Shown: positions 36,908-46,738, counted from the first letter of the stretch. The stretch is DNA of 60,840 nt from Candidatus Limnocylindrales bacterium (GCA_035699725.1 DASSPG010000218.1:1-60840), one strand, 5' to 3'. Translations and numbers: made by a program. The notes: generated by a model not told the origin, from the letters alone.

Positions 36908-37149
36908 GCCGCCCTCCTCGTGTCGGATGTGACCCCGCCGGAGGCTACGCGCCGTCGCGCGGCTCGAACAATGTGAGCCGCCGACAGATCGCGTGGCTCC
37001 CGGTTGTGGACGGCGTCGGCTCCCGGGCGGCTTCGAAGGCCGGGACGAGGCCCGGGCGACCGGTCCGGGGTAGCCGGGCCCGGCTAGTATTCGAGTGCGG
37101 CGCCCTGGGCTCCTGTCGGCCGCGCCGAATGTTCGAGGACCGTCACCCG

Positions 37150-39654
37150 ATGAGCTCGTTCCCCACCCAGGCCCGCGTGGTCGTCGTCGGCGCCGGGATC
37201 GTCGGCAACAGCGTCGCCTACCACCTGGCCCGGCTCGGCTGGCGAGACATCGTCCAGATCGACAAGGGGCCGCTCCCGAATCCGGGCGGCTCCACCGGCC
37301 ACGCCTCGAACTTCCTCTTCCTCGTCGACCACAACAAGGAGATGGCCGCGCTCACGGTCGAGAGTGCCCGCCAGTACCGCGACTGGGACGTCTACACCGA
37401 GTGCGGCGGGATCGAGGTCGCCCGGTCCGAGACGCGCATGGCCGAGCTCCGGCGACGGATGGACTCGAGCAAGAACTGGGGCATCGAGTCGCGCCTGGTC
37501 ACCCCGGCCGAGATCAAGGAGCTCGTCCCGTACATCGACGAATCGATCCTCGTCGGCGGGTTCTACACGCCCGGGGTGGGCGTCTGCGACTCGCTCCGGT
37601 TCGGGACGATCTGCCGCGAGAAGGCCCAGGAGATGGGCGCGCTCGCGGTCTTCGCCAACACGGAGGTCGGCGGCTTCGGCGTGGAGGACGGCCGGATCCG
37701 CTCGGTCGAGACGAGCCGCGGATCGATTGCGGCCGAGTACGTGGTCATCGCCTGCGGCGTGTGGTCGCCCAAGGTCGCCGAGCTCGCCGGGGCCCGGATC
37801 CCGCTCACCCCGGCCGTCCACCAGATGATCGACGTCGGCCCGGTGCCCCGCTTCGAGCGCTCGTCGCGCGCGATCGAGTTCCCGATCGTCCGCGACATGG
37901 ACGTCCTGATGTACGAGCGCCAGGATGGGATCGGGCTCGAGATCGGCTCGTACGCCCATCGCTCGATCCTCCACGACCCCGAGGAGATCCCGTCGCTCGA
38001 GGAAGCCGCCCTCTCCCCGACCGAGTTCCCGTTCACCCAGGACGACTTCGACCCCCAGATGGAGCACGCCCTCGAGCTCATGCCCGAGATCGTCGGCGAC
38101 GAGTCGGTCGGGGTGAAATACGCGATCAACGGACTGATCGCCCTCACCCCGGACGGGATGCCGCTCCTCGGCGAGACGCCCGAGGTCAAGGGGCTCTGGT
38201 CGGCCGCCGCGGTGTGGGTCAAGGAGGGCCCCGCGGTCGGCCAGTCGATCGCCGAATGGATGGTCCACGGCGAGCCGACGATCGACGTCGGCCAGTCCGA
38301 CATCTCGCGCTTCCACGCTCACCAGAAGACCCGCCGGCACACCAAGGCCCGCGCCTTCGAGGCGTTCCCCAAGACCTACGGGATCGTCCACCCGGCGGAG
38401 CAGTACCTCTCGGACCGCCCGCTCCGGATGTCGCCGATGCACGGCTGGCACGCCGCTCACGAGGGCGAGTTCTTCGAGGTCGCCGGCTGGGAGCGTCCGC
38501 AGTGGTTCCGCTCCAACGCCGCCCTCGTGGAGCGCTACGGCGTGGCCGGCCGCCCGAATGAATGGGATGCCCGCTGGTGGTCGCCGATCATCAACGCCGA
38601 GCACCTCGCGATGCGCGAGGGGGCCGGGATCTTCGATCTGTCGGCGTTCGCGATCTTCGATGTCGTCGGGCCGGGCGCGCTGGCGGCGGTCCAGGGCGTC
38701 GCGCTCCGCCAGATGGACGTCCCGCTCGGGCGCGTCGTGTACACCCCGGTCCTGAACCAGGAGGGCGGGTTCAAGAGCGACCTCACGATCATGCGGCTCG
38801 CCGGAGACGTGTTCCGCGTGGTGACCGGCGGCGCCCACGGCATGAGCGATCTCAAGTGGTTCCGCGACCACCTGCCGGCCGATGCCGCCATCGTCGACCA
38901 GACGTCGGCGTTCACGACGATCGGCGTCTGGGGGCCGCGCGCGCGCGACATCGTCCAGGGCGTGACGCGGGACGACCTGTCCCACGAGGGCTTCAGGTTC
39001 GGGACGTGTCGCACGATCGAGATCGGCTCGCAGCTCGTGCTGGCGTCACGGATCTCGTACGTGGGCGATCTCGGCTGGGAGCTGTACGTCCCGATGGAGC
39101 AGGGTCTCCGGCTGTGGGAGACGCTCTGGGAGGCGGGCCGGCCGCACGGCCTGACCGCCTGCGGGATGGGTGTCTACGGCACGACCGGGCGGATCGAGAA
39201 GAGCTACCGGGCCTATGGCGCCGAGCTCGACGGCGACTACGACATCGTCGAGGCCGACATGGCGCCGCCGCGGCTCAAGGCCCAGGACTTCGTCGGGAAG
39301 GCGGCAGTGGAGCGCCAGCTGGCCGGCGAGCCCGTCGCCCGTCTCTGCACCCTGACCGTCGACGACCACACCTCGGCCAGCGGCGAGAAGCGCTACATGC
39401 TGGGCCGCCAGCCGATCGTCCTCGCCGATGGCTCGCCGATCGTCGATGCCAAGGGTCGTCGCTCCTACGCGACGTCGGCCGGGGCGAGCCCGTCGACCGG
39501 CCTGCACGCGCTCCTCGCGTACCTGCCTCCCGAGCAGGCGGTCGAGGGCAACCACCTGTTCGTCGAGTACTTCGCGGAGCGCTATCCGGTCACCGTCGCC
39601 GTGGTGGGGTCCCGCCCGCTGTTCGATCCCGAGAACCTTCGGGTCCGGGCCTGA
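37150..39654 (+). CDS. dimethylglycine/sarcosine dehydrogenase(oxidase)-like: FAD (DAO) domain fused to a GcvT-type folate-binding aminomethyltransferase domain
   Basis: VVVVGAGIVGNSVAYHLARLG and NPGGSTGHASNF (candidate covalent-FAD His). The C-terminal GcvT-like half carries GIFDLSAFAIFDVVGPGA and ISYVGDLGWELYVP. About 834 aa. ATG at 37150 was chosen. Confidence 0.88.
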   Translation: MSSFPTQARVVVVGAGIVGNSVAYHLARLGWRDIVQIDKGPLPNPGGSTGHASNFLFLVDHNKEMAALTVESARQYRDWDVYTECGGIEVARSETRMAELRRRMDSSKNWGIESRLVTPAEIKELVPYIDESILVGGFYTPGVGVCDSLRFGTICREKAQEMGALAVFANTEVGGFGVEDGRIRSVETSRGSIAAEYVVIACGVWSPKVAELAGARIPLTPAVHQMIDVGPVPRFERSSRAIEFPIVRDMDVLMYERQDGIGLEIGSYAHRSILHDPEEIPSLEEAALSPTEFPFTQDDFDPQMEHALELMPEIVGDESVGVKYAINGLIALTPDGMPLLGETPEVKGLWSAAAVWVKEGPAVGQSIAEWMVHGEPTIDVGQSDISRFHAHQKTRRHTKARAFEAFPKTYGIVHPAEQYLSDRPLRMSPMHGWHAAHEGEFFEVAGWERPQWFRSNAALVERYGVAGRPNEWDARWWSPIINAEHLAMREGAGIFDLSAFAIFDVVGPGALAAVQGVALRQMDVPLGRVVYTPVLNQEGGFKSDLTIMRLAGDVFRVVTGGAHGMSDLKWFRDHLPADAAIVDQTSAFTTIGVWGPRARDIVQGVTRDDLSHEGFRFGTCRTIEIGSQLVLASRISYVGDLGWELYVPMEQGLRLWETLWEAGRPHGLTACGMGVYGTTGRIEKSYRAYGAELDGDYDIVEADMAPPRLKAQDFVGKAAVERQLAGEPVARLCTLTVDDHTSASGEKRYMLGRQPIVLADGSPIVDAKGRRSYATSAGASPSTGLHALLAYLPPEQAVEGNHLFVEYFAERYPVTVAVVGSRPLFDPENLRVRA

Positions 39655-39656
39655 CG

Positions 39657-40424
39657 ATGCGCGTCCTCGCCTGCATCAAGCGCGTTCCCGCGGTCGCCGG
39701 GCGGATGGTCCTGACCCCCGACGCCCGGGCGCTCGACACCCGCCATCTCGGCTTCACGATCTCGCCACACGAGGAGTGCGCCGTGGAGGAGGCGGTCCGG
39801 CTGATCGAGGCGCACGGCGGCGAGTCGGTCGTGCTGACGCTCGGTCCGGCGGCGGCGGTCGAGCAGCTCCGCGACGCGATGGCGATCGGCATCGGGCGGG
39901 CGATCCACCTCGAGACCGGCGACGAGGACTGGGACGCCGAATCCACCGCGGCCGCCCTCGCCGACGCGATCCGGGCCGACGAAGCGGCCGCCGGTCCGTT
40001 CGATCTCATCCTGCTCGGCAACGAATCGGCCGACGCCGGCGGCTACCAGGTGGCGGTCCGCCTCGGGCGGGCGCTCGGTCGGCCGACGGTGGCCGGCATC
40101 AAGGGGATCGCGGTCGCTGACGGCGCGGTGCGCTGCGAGCAGGAGGTGACGGGCGGTCGCGACGTGTACCGGCTGCCGCTGCCGGCGCTGGTCGCCGTGC
40201 TCGAGGGGCTCAACACGCCACGCTTCCCATCCGTGCCGGGCCGCCTCCGGGCGAAGAGCAAGCCTGTCAGCGCGTCGAGCCCGGCCCGGGCCGCCCAGCG
40301 CCTCGAGCTCGTCCGGCTCGTCGTCCCGCAGGGCAAGGCGAAGCAGGCCGAAGTCCTGGGCCATGGTCCCGAGAGCGCGCCCGCGGTGGTGGCGATGCTC
40401 GACGGCCTGGGGCTGGTCCGATGA
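39657..40424 (+). CDS. etfB: electron transfer flavoprotein, beta subunit
   Basis: MRVLACIKRVP N-terminus, ISPHEECAVEEAVRL and DLILLGNESADAGGYQV. The ATG lies 2 nt after the dehydrogenase stop. Confidence 0.92.
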   Translation: MRVLACIKRVPAVAGRMVLTPDARALDTRHLGFTISPHEECAVEEAVRLIEAHGGESVVLTLGPAAAVEQLRDAMAIGIGRAIHLETGDEDWDAESTAAALADAIRADEAAAGPFDLILLGNESADAGGYQVAVRLGRALGRPTVAGIKGIAVADGAVRCEQEVTGGRDVYRLPLPALVAVLEGLNTPRFPSVPGRLRAKSKPVSASSPARAAQRLELVRLVVPQGKAKQAEVLGHGPESAPAVVAMLDGLGLVR

Positions 40425-41398
40425 CGACGGTCCTCGTGCTCGTGACCTCCTCCGACGGCGCGCCCGACGACGTCGCGCTCCAGGGTCTGTCCCTGGCCCG
40501 CGAGGTCGCGGCCGGCGAGCCGCTCCACGCCCTCGTGCTGGGCGACGAGGCGGCGGCGGCGGGCCTCGGCGCGTGGGGTGCGACGCAGGTCCACGTCGCG
40601 CGGCACCCGGCGCTTGCCGACATCGCCCCGGGCGCCGCGCCCGATGCCGCGGCCCGGATCCTCGGCGATCTGGCGGACCGTCTGGGCGCCGATGTCGTCG
40701 TCGGTCCGGGCACGGAGCCCGGCAACACGATCCTGGCGCGGACCGCCGCCCGCGCCGGGCTCCCGTTCGCCGCCAACTGCACGGTCGTCGTGCCGGGCGC
40801 CCCGCTCACCGTGACCCGCCAGCGCTGGGGCGGAAGCCTCCTCGAGGAGGCCGTGATCCACGCCGATCGGGCGATCCTGACCGTCGCCGCGCACACCGTC
40901 GCCGCGACTCCGGTCCCCGGCGGCGCCGCGCCGGTGACGACGTTCGAGCCGGCGCTCGACGACGCCGATCTCGTCGTCCGGGTCGTGGAGCGGATCCCGG
41001 CCGCAGCCGGCGGCGTGTCGCTCGCCGACGCCAAGGTCGTCGTGAGCGGCGGCCGCGGCGCGGGCTCCGTGGAGGGCTTCGCGCCGATCGAGGAGCTGGC
41101 GGGCCTCCTCAAGGCAGCGATCGGGTGCTCGCGCGCGGTCACGATCTCGGGCTGGCGCCCGCACACCGACCAGGTCGGCCAGACCGGAACCAAGATCGTA
41201 CCGAGCCTGTACATCGCCGCCGGGATCAGCGGCGCGACGCAGCACATGGCGGGCTGCAAGGGAGCCAAGAAGATCCTGGCCATCAACAAGGATCCCGACG
41301 CGCCGATCATGTCGATCGCCGACTACGCGGTCATCGGCGACCTCCACCAGATCCTGCCCGCGATCAGCGCCGAGCTCCGCCGCGTCCGAGGCGGATAG
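40421..41398 (+). CDS. etfA: electron transfer flavoprotein, alpha subunit
   Basis: ATGA overlap with etfB. VVVSGGRGAG, DQVGQTGTKIVPSLYIAAGISGATQHMAG and ILAINKDPDAPI. Confidence 0.92.
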   Translation: MTTVLVLVTSSDGAPDDVALQGLSLAREVAAGEPLHALVLGDEAAAAGLGAWGATQVHVARHPALADIAPGAAPDAAARILGDLADRLGADVVVGPGTEPGNTILARTAARAGLPFAANCTVVVPGAPLTVTRQRWGGSLLEEAVIHADRAILTVAAHTVAATPVPGGAAPVTTFEPALDDADLVVRVVERIPAAAGGVSLADAKVVVSGGRGAGSVEGFAPIEELAGLLKAAIGCSRAVTISGWRPHTDQVGQTGTKIVPSLYIAAGISGATQHMAGCKGAKKILAINKDPDAPIMSIADYAVIGDLHQILPAISAELRRVRGG

Positions 41399-41407
41399 GC
41401 TTCGACG

Positions 41408-43477
41408 ATGAGCGCGGAGACGGTCGTCGGGGTCGTGGCCTTCGGCCTGGTCCTGTACGTCCTCGTCGGGCTGTTCGCGCTCCGGGCGACGTACCTGCTG
41501 CGCCTGGTGCTGAACGGCCGGGCGTCGGATCGGACGGGCGACCTGGGCCGGCGCTCGGTCCGCGAGGTCGTCGGCGTCCTCTTCCAGTCGAAGCTGTTCC
41601 TCCGGCCGATCCCGGGAGTCATGCACCTGCTCCTGTTCTGGGGCTTCCTCGTCCTGCTGCCGACGATCGCGATGTCGTTCCTCGGGGCGATGAACGCGCA
41701 CTGGTCGATCCCGTGGCTGAGCGAGCAGGGCTGGTTCGCCCTGATGGTCGACCTGTTCGCCATCGGCGTCCTCGTCGGGGTGGGGATCGCCTTCACGATC
41801 CGGCTCGGCCTCCGCCCGCGGCGGTTCGTCGGCAGCTACCTCCAGGTCGCGTACAACATCCTGCTGTTCGAGGCCTCGATCACGATCACGCTCCTGCTCT
41901 GGCACGCCTCCCAGATCGCGCTCGGGATCAACGAGTACCCGGCCGAATGGGCGCCGGTCTCCAATGCGATTGCGTCGCTCATGAGCGCCGGCCCGGCCCT
42001 CGAGGTCTTCGAGCGCGTGATCGTCTGGGTCCACGCCCTCCTGATCCTGGCGTTCCTCGTCTACATCCCGTACACGAAGCATCTCCACACCTTCGTCGTC
42101 TGGTTCAACGTGTTCTTCGAGCGGACGCGCGCTCGCGGCCGGCTCGAGCCGCTCGTGTTCGACGACCCGGCCGTCCCGGAGGATGAGATCCGCTTCGGGA
42201 TGGGCACGATCAAGGACATGACCTGGAAGCAGATGGTCGATGGCATGACCTGCACCGAGTGCGGCCGCTGCCAGGACGCCTGCCCGGCCTTCGCGACCGG
42301 CAAGAGCCTCAATCCCAAGCTCGTCGTGATGGGCCTCCGCGACCAGCTCTACCGCGAGGGCCATGCCCTGCTCGCGGCCGCCGAGGGCGGCGCAGCCTTC
42401 GCCGGGAGCCCGCTCGTGCCCAACGCCGTGTCGGACGAGTCGGTCTGGGACTGCGTGACCTGCGGTGCGTGCGTCCAGGAGTGCCCGGTCGGGATCGAGC
42501 ACGTCGACCACATCGTGGACCTCCGCCGGAACCTCGTCATGGTCGAGTCGCGCTTCCCCGCCCCGGGCTCCGCGATGCTTCGCGACCTGGAGCGGACCGC
42601 CAACCCGTGGGGCAACTCACCGACCGACCGCGTGGACTGGACGGCCGGCCTGGACGTCCGCGTGCTCCAGCCCGGTGACCCGCCGCCGGAGTACCTGTTC
42701 TGGGTCGGCTGCGCTCCCGCATTCGACGAGCGCGCCCGGGTCGGCGCGATCTCGACCGCGAAGCTGCTCACCGAGGCCGGCGTGGACTTCGCGATCCTCG
42801 GCGCCCGCGAGAGCTGCACCGGCGACCCGGCCCGCCGGCTCGGCGACGAGTACACCTATCAGGCCCTGGCCGGCCAGAACGTCGCGACCCTGACCGAGGC
42901 CAGGGTGACGAAGATCGTGACGACCTGCCCTCACTGCTTCAACACGATCGGCAGCGAGTATCCCGACTTCGGCGGACGCTACGAGGTGATCCACCACACC
43001 CAGCTCCTGGCCGAGCTGGTCCGTGACGGTCGCCTCGCGCCCGCGGTGGGCGGCGAGTCCATCACCTACCACGACTCGTGCTACCTGGCCCGCCACAACG
43101 ACGTCCTGGCCGAGCCGCGCGAGCTCGTCGCGGCGGTCGGGCGCCCGGTCGAGATGGCGCGCAGCCAGAAGCGGACCTTCTGCTGCGGCGCCGGCGGGGC
43201 CCACATGTGGCTCGAGGAGCGCGAGAGCCAGATCAACGAGGAGCGGGCCCGGGAGGCCGCGGCGACCGGCGCGACGACCCTCGCGGTGGCCTGCCCATTC
43301 TGCACCGTGATGCTCGACGACGGGATGCAGGCGACCGGCGGCGGGCTCGCGGTCCGCGACGTGGCGACGTTGCTCGTCGAGGCCGTGGAGCGCGGCCGGT
43401 CCGCGGGTCGCGAGCTGCCCGTCCTGGCGGGTGGCCCTGGCGGCGCGCAGGCCGAGCGCCCGTCGCAACACCGCTGA
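41408..43477 (+). CDS. membrane-anchored (Fe-S) oxidoreductase, HdrD/GlpC-like with N-terminal helix bundle; EtfD-like candidate ETF:quinone reductase
   Basis: About 5-6 N-terminal TM helices. Two 4Fe-4S motifs: CTECGRCQDACPA and CVTCGACVQECPVG. Two CCG-type Cys-rich domains: WVGCAPAFD and CPHC, then YHDSCYL and FCCGAGG. Confidence 0.82.
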   Translation: MSAETVVGVVAFGLVLYVLVGLFALRATYLLRLVLNGRASDRTGDLGRRSVREVVGVLFQSKLFLRPIPGVMHLLLFWGFLVLLPTIAMSFLGAMNAHWSIPWLSEQGWFALMVDLFAIGVLVGVGIAFTIRLGLRPRRFVGSYLQVAYNILLFEASITITLLLWHASQIALGINEYPAEWAPVSNAIASLMSAGPALEVFERVIVWVHALLILAFLVYIPYTKHLHTFVVWFNVFFERTRARGRLEPLVFDDPAVPEDEIRFGMGTIKDMTWKQMVDGMTCTECGRCQDACPAFATGKSLNPKLVVMGLRDQLYREGHALLAAAEGGAAFAGSPLVPNAVSDESVWDCVTCGACVQECPVGIEHVDHIVDLRRNLVMVESRFPAPGSAMLRDLERTANPWGNSPTDRVDWTAGLDVRVLQPGDPPPEYLFWVGCAPAFDERARVGAISTAKLLTEAGVDFAILGARESCTGDPARRLGDEYTYQALAGQNVATLTEARVTKIVTTCPHCFNTIGSEYPDFGGRYEVIHHTQLLAELVRDGRLAPAVGGESITYHDSCYLARHNDVLAEPRELVAAVGRPVEMARSQKRTFCCGAGGAHMWLEERESQINEERAREAAATGATTLAVACPFCTVMLDDGMQATGGGLAVRDVATLLVEAVERGRSAGRELPVLAGGPGGAQAERPSQHR

Positions 43478-43604
43478 AAGCGCACCGCCGCCCGACGGTG
43501 GCGGGGCGCAGCGCCTGGCGCGCCACGATGGGGACCGCTCGACCGCGCGCCGGATCGGAAGCCCGGCGAAGCGGTCACGTCGCGTCAGCGAACCGAGGAG
43601 ACCC

Positions 43605-44069
43605 ATGGACGCCATCGCGCTGCTCAAGGCCGACCACGACAAGGTCAAGAAGCTGCTCACCGAGCTCGAGACGACGACCGAGCGCGGGGTCAAGACCCGC
43701 GAGGAGCTGTTCGCCACGATCAAGGGCGAGCTGATGGTCCACGAGGCGATCGAAGAAGAGATCTTCTACCCCGCCCTCAAGGGCCACCCGAAGGCGAAGG
43801 ACATCGTCCTCGAGGGGTACGAGGAGCACCACGTCGTGGACCTCCTCATGGGCGAGCTCGAGCGGCTCGACGTCAGCGACGAGACGTGGGGCGCCAAGGC
43901 CCTCGTCATGAAGGAGAACATCGAGCACCACATCGAGGAAGAGGAAGGCGACATGTTCAAGCAGGCTCGCCAGGTCTTCGACCGAGATGAGCTCGAGGAG
44001 CTCGGAGCGCGCATGGAGCAGCGCAAGACGAGCGCCCAGCGTGAGCTCGGGGTCCCCGTCAGCCGCTGA
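43605..44069 (+). CDS. hemerythrin-domain protein
   Basis: GAGGAG lies upstream. LLKADHDKVKKLL, HEAIEEEIFYPAL, EEHHVVD and IEHHIEEEEGDMF give the His/Glu diiron ligand pattern. Confidence 0.85.
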   Translation: MDAIALLKADHDKVKKLLTELETTTERGVKTREELFATIKGELMVHEAIEEEIFYPALKGHPKAKDIVLEGYEEHHVVDLLMGELERLDVSDETWGAKALVMKENIEHHIEEEEGDMFKQARQVFDRDELEELGARMEQRKTSAQRELGVPVSR

Positions 44070-44250
44070 CGGCGCGGGTGACGGCGACCCGGCCCGGAAT
44101 CACCGCCGGGGGAACGATGCCTCGGGGGCCAGGTCGCCAGCCTCCACGATCGCTCGCCTCGGCGATCGTCGCTGCTCCACACGCGACGACGCCGGTGTCG
44201 CAGGCGCGACACCGGCGTCCTGCTGAGCAGGCCCGTCCCCAGCGACCGGC

Positions 44251-44772
44251 TCAGCTGATCGCGGCCGGCTCAGCGGCCTGCCGCACCTCCTCCAGGGCCC
44301 GCACGATCTCGCCGGCCCATGCGTCCACCACGCGCCAGTTCCGGAAGTCGCCATATGGCGCACGGACGGCCCGGGTCATCAGCTTCTCGGCGATCCCGAG
44401 CTCCTCGTCCACGAGCCGGCCGGCGAAGACCCCATGGCCGCGCGGCTGGATCAGGCGGATCAACGGCGCGATCCCTGCCGGGTCGCCGATCGGCTTGGGT
44501 GGGTCGCCGATCGGGCCGCTCGAGAACAGCCACACCGGCCGCTCGCGCAGCTCGATCGCGAACCGCTCCACGAGCTCGCGCGCCGGCGCCAGCCAGCTGC
44601 CACCATAGACGGCGCTGCCGATGACGACCGCGGCGTACGGCGTCATCTGCGTGACCTCCGCCGGTCGGAGCACGTCGACCGGCCAGCCGGCGTCGGTCAG
44701 GATGCGCGCCACGCGCAGGCCGATCTGCTCGGTCGCGCCGTGGCGGGATTCAACACTCACCAGGACCGTCAT
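44251..44772 (-). CDS. flavodoxin-domain protein, HemG-like
   Basis: MTVLVSVESRHGATEQIG, AVVIGSAVYGGSW, PVWLFSSGP and GDFRNWRVVDAWAGEI follow the layout of long-chain HemG-type flavodoxins. Confidence 0.75.
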   Translation of the reverse strand: MTVLVSVESRHGATEQIGLRVARILTDAGWPVDVLRPAEVTQMTPYAAVVIGSAVYGGSWLAPARELVERFAIELRERPVWLFSSGPIGDPPKPIGDPAGIAPLIRLIQPRGHGVFAGRLVDEELGIAEKLMTRAVRAPYGDFRNWRVVDAWAGEIVRALEEVRQAAEPAAIS

Positions 44773-44833
44773 CGTGTCTCCTCATGGGGACCGGCCGAAC
44801 CGGCCGGTCATACCGTGGTGGGGCCAGGGCCGG

Positions 44834-45760
44834 TCAGCTCGCCATGGGCGCCGCCGAGACGTGGAGCGCCGCGCGCTCCACGGGTCCGCCGCGGAATGTC
44901 CGCCAGGCGGCAAGGACGACCGCACCGAGGCCGAGGAGCGACAGGACGGCCGTCAGGAGCGGGACGATCCCGACGACGAACATGACCACCATGCCGACGA
45001 TCGTCGCGAGGTACGGCCGCTCCGGCTCCTCCGAGCGCCCGCGGAACCGCTCGAGGACCCACTCGCCGACCCAGACGGCAGCGACGATGTAGCCCACGAA
45101 TGCGAGCGTCGGCCAGGCGACGAGCAGGACGCCCAGCGCCATCGGGATCCCGATGATCGTCGCGGCCAGCGCGGCGGCCACGAGCGGAGGCAGGATCAGG
45201 CCCAGCAGCCCGGCACCCGCGGAGCGAAGCGGCTCGCGCCGGATGATCGCGGCCGTGGCGCGGATCTGGCGACCGGCGAGGGCGGCCACGAGCAGGCCCG
45301 ACACGAGGGCCGACAACCCGACCCCGAGCCAGATCAGGAGCGCCCCGATCCCGATCACCCAGCCCAGGGCGATCAGGTCGGTCTCGAGGCCACGCTGGCT
45401 GCCGTCGAGCGTCACGCCGACCTGGCTCACCTGGGCATCGAACGTCCGGATGTCGCCGAGCACGTGGCTGTCGGTGACGGTCGCCGATCCGCGGATCACG
45501 AGCAGGCTCTCGATCGTGGTCGACCGGACCGCCGCGGTGCCATCGAGCACGACGACCGCGTCCACTCGGCCCAGGATCTCGGCGTGGCCGTCGACGACGA
45601 TGACGGTGTCGGCCACCTCGCCCGCGGGTACGGTGAGCTCACCGCCGGAGGCGAACAGGACCCGCCCGGTGGGAGTTACGTCGCCGTCCGCAGCCAGGAC
45701 CGGGAGCGCCAGGCCCAGCGCGAGCGCGAGCGCGGCGACGAGAGCAAGCAGTCGCGTCAC
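44834..45760 (-). CDS. membrane protein with a secreted beta-rich N-terminal domain, function unknown
   Basis: GTG start. Signal peptide LLALVAALALALGLALPVLAA, then a repetitive V/D/G-rich domain (bactofilin-like look), then four hydrophobic helices. Confidence 0.65.
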   Translation of the reverse strand: MTRLLALVAALALALGLALPVLAADGDVTPTGRVLFASGGELTVPAGEVADTVIVVDGHAEILGRVDAVVVLDGTAAVRSTTIESLLVIRGSATVTDSHVLGDIRTFDAQVSQVGVTLDGSQRGLETDLIALGWVIGIGALLIWLGVGLSALVSGLLVAALAGRQIRATAAIIRREPLRSAGAGLLGLILPPLVAAALAATIIGIPMALGVLLVAWPTLAFVGYIVAAVWVGEWVLERFRGRSEEPERPYLATIVGMVVMFVVGIVPLLTAVLSLLGLGAVVLAAWRTFRGGPVERAALHVSAAPMAS

Positions 45761-46113
45761 AGGTTGCCTCCTTCGGCCACCGGGCGTGGTTCGTCGTCGC
45801 CGCGGCGGGCCGCGGGCCCATGCTGCGGACCGGGCGAGGGATGGTGAAGTGCCGGACGACCTGTCACGCCCCCGACGAATGGCACGACGGCCGAGATGAC
45901 GGGCCGGTCAGCCCGACCGCTTCCGGTCAGACGGCACGTGACGAACTCCCCGACCCGGCTGACGATGGGCCCGACCGCCGGGTGCTTGCTGCCGGGCGAG
46001 GCGCGCGCTCCCGGAGTGGCGTCGCCATCGACCGGTTCGTGATCAGGAGCGTGACCGCCCCAGGCTGGCGACCCGAGTCGCTGTAGACCGAGCGACCCCG
46101 AGAGGAGGAACCG

Positions 46114-46635
46114 ATGCGGATCCTGGTGGTCCATGCCAGCGCCCTCGGATCGACCGCGGGCATCGCCGAGGCCATGGGCCGGACGTTCGGCGAGCACGGC
46201 CTGACGCCGGTGATCCGGCCCGCCGAGCGCGCCCCGAGCCCGATCGGCTTCGATGCCGCCGTGATCGGGTCCGCCGTCCACGCCGGCCACTGGCTGCACA
46301 GCGGCACCGACTATGTCCGGCGTCATCGGGTGGAGCTGGCCGCGCTTCCCGTCTGGCTGTTCAGCGTCGGGCCGCTCGGTGGAACCGATCCCGACTCCTG
46401 CGCCGACCCGGACGAGATCAGCGAGTTCCGACGCGATATCGGTCCGCGAGGCCATCGCATCCTGTCGGGCGCCCACGATCGGTCCAGTCCGCGGATCGAG
46501 CAGCTTCCGCGCCTGGAGCGGTTCGTGGCCCGCCGCTTCATCCCCGAGGGCGACTTCCGGGACTGGCCGCTCATCGCCGACTGGGCGGCCTCCATCGCCG
46601 ACGCCCTCGCGGAGCCCGTGCCGGCCGGCCGCTGA
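46114..46635 (+). CDS. flavodoxin-domain protein, HemG-like (paralog of 44251-44772)
   Basis: GAGAGGAGGA lies upstream. MRILVVHASALGSTAGIAE, AVIGSAVHAGHW, PVWLFSVGP and GDFRDWPLIADWAASI. Confidence 0.78.
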   Translation: MRILVVHASALGSTAGIAEAMGRTFGEHGLTPVIRPAERAPSPIGFDAAVIGSAVHAGHWLHSGTDYVRRHRVELAALPVWLFSVGPLGGTDPDSCADPDEISEFRRDIGPRGHRILSGAHDRSSPRIEQLPRLERFVARRFIPEGDFRDWPLIADWAASIADALAEPVPAGR

Positions 46636-46738
46636 CGATCCGGCGACCGACCCGCCGAGCGGCCCGGGCTGGTCGGCCCCCTCGCCGCGGACCAACGGCC
46701 CTCGCGGCGGAACGGGCGCCGTCACTAGGCTCGGGGCC

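Noticed and set aside
36908-37149. Possible glycine or THF riboswitch in the 240-nt divergent spacer before the DMGDH-like gene.
   Set aside because: There are GC-rich stem-loops only. I could not find the conserved glycine-riboswitch cores (GGAGAG...CACCG...) or the THF motif.
45820-46086. 88-aa ORF in the divergent spacer between the membrane protein and the second flavodoxin gene.
   Set aside because: There is no Shine-Dalgarno sequence. The third-position GC bias is only moderate, and the composition is Arg/Asp/Pro-rich with no motif. It is probably non-coding promoter region.
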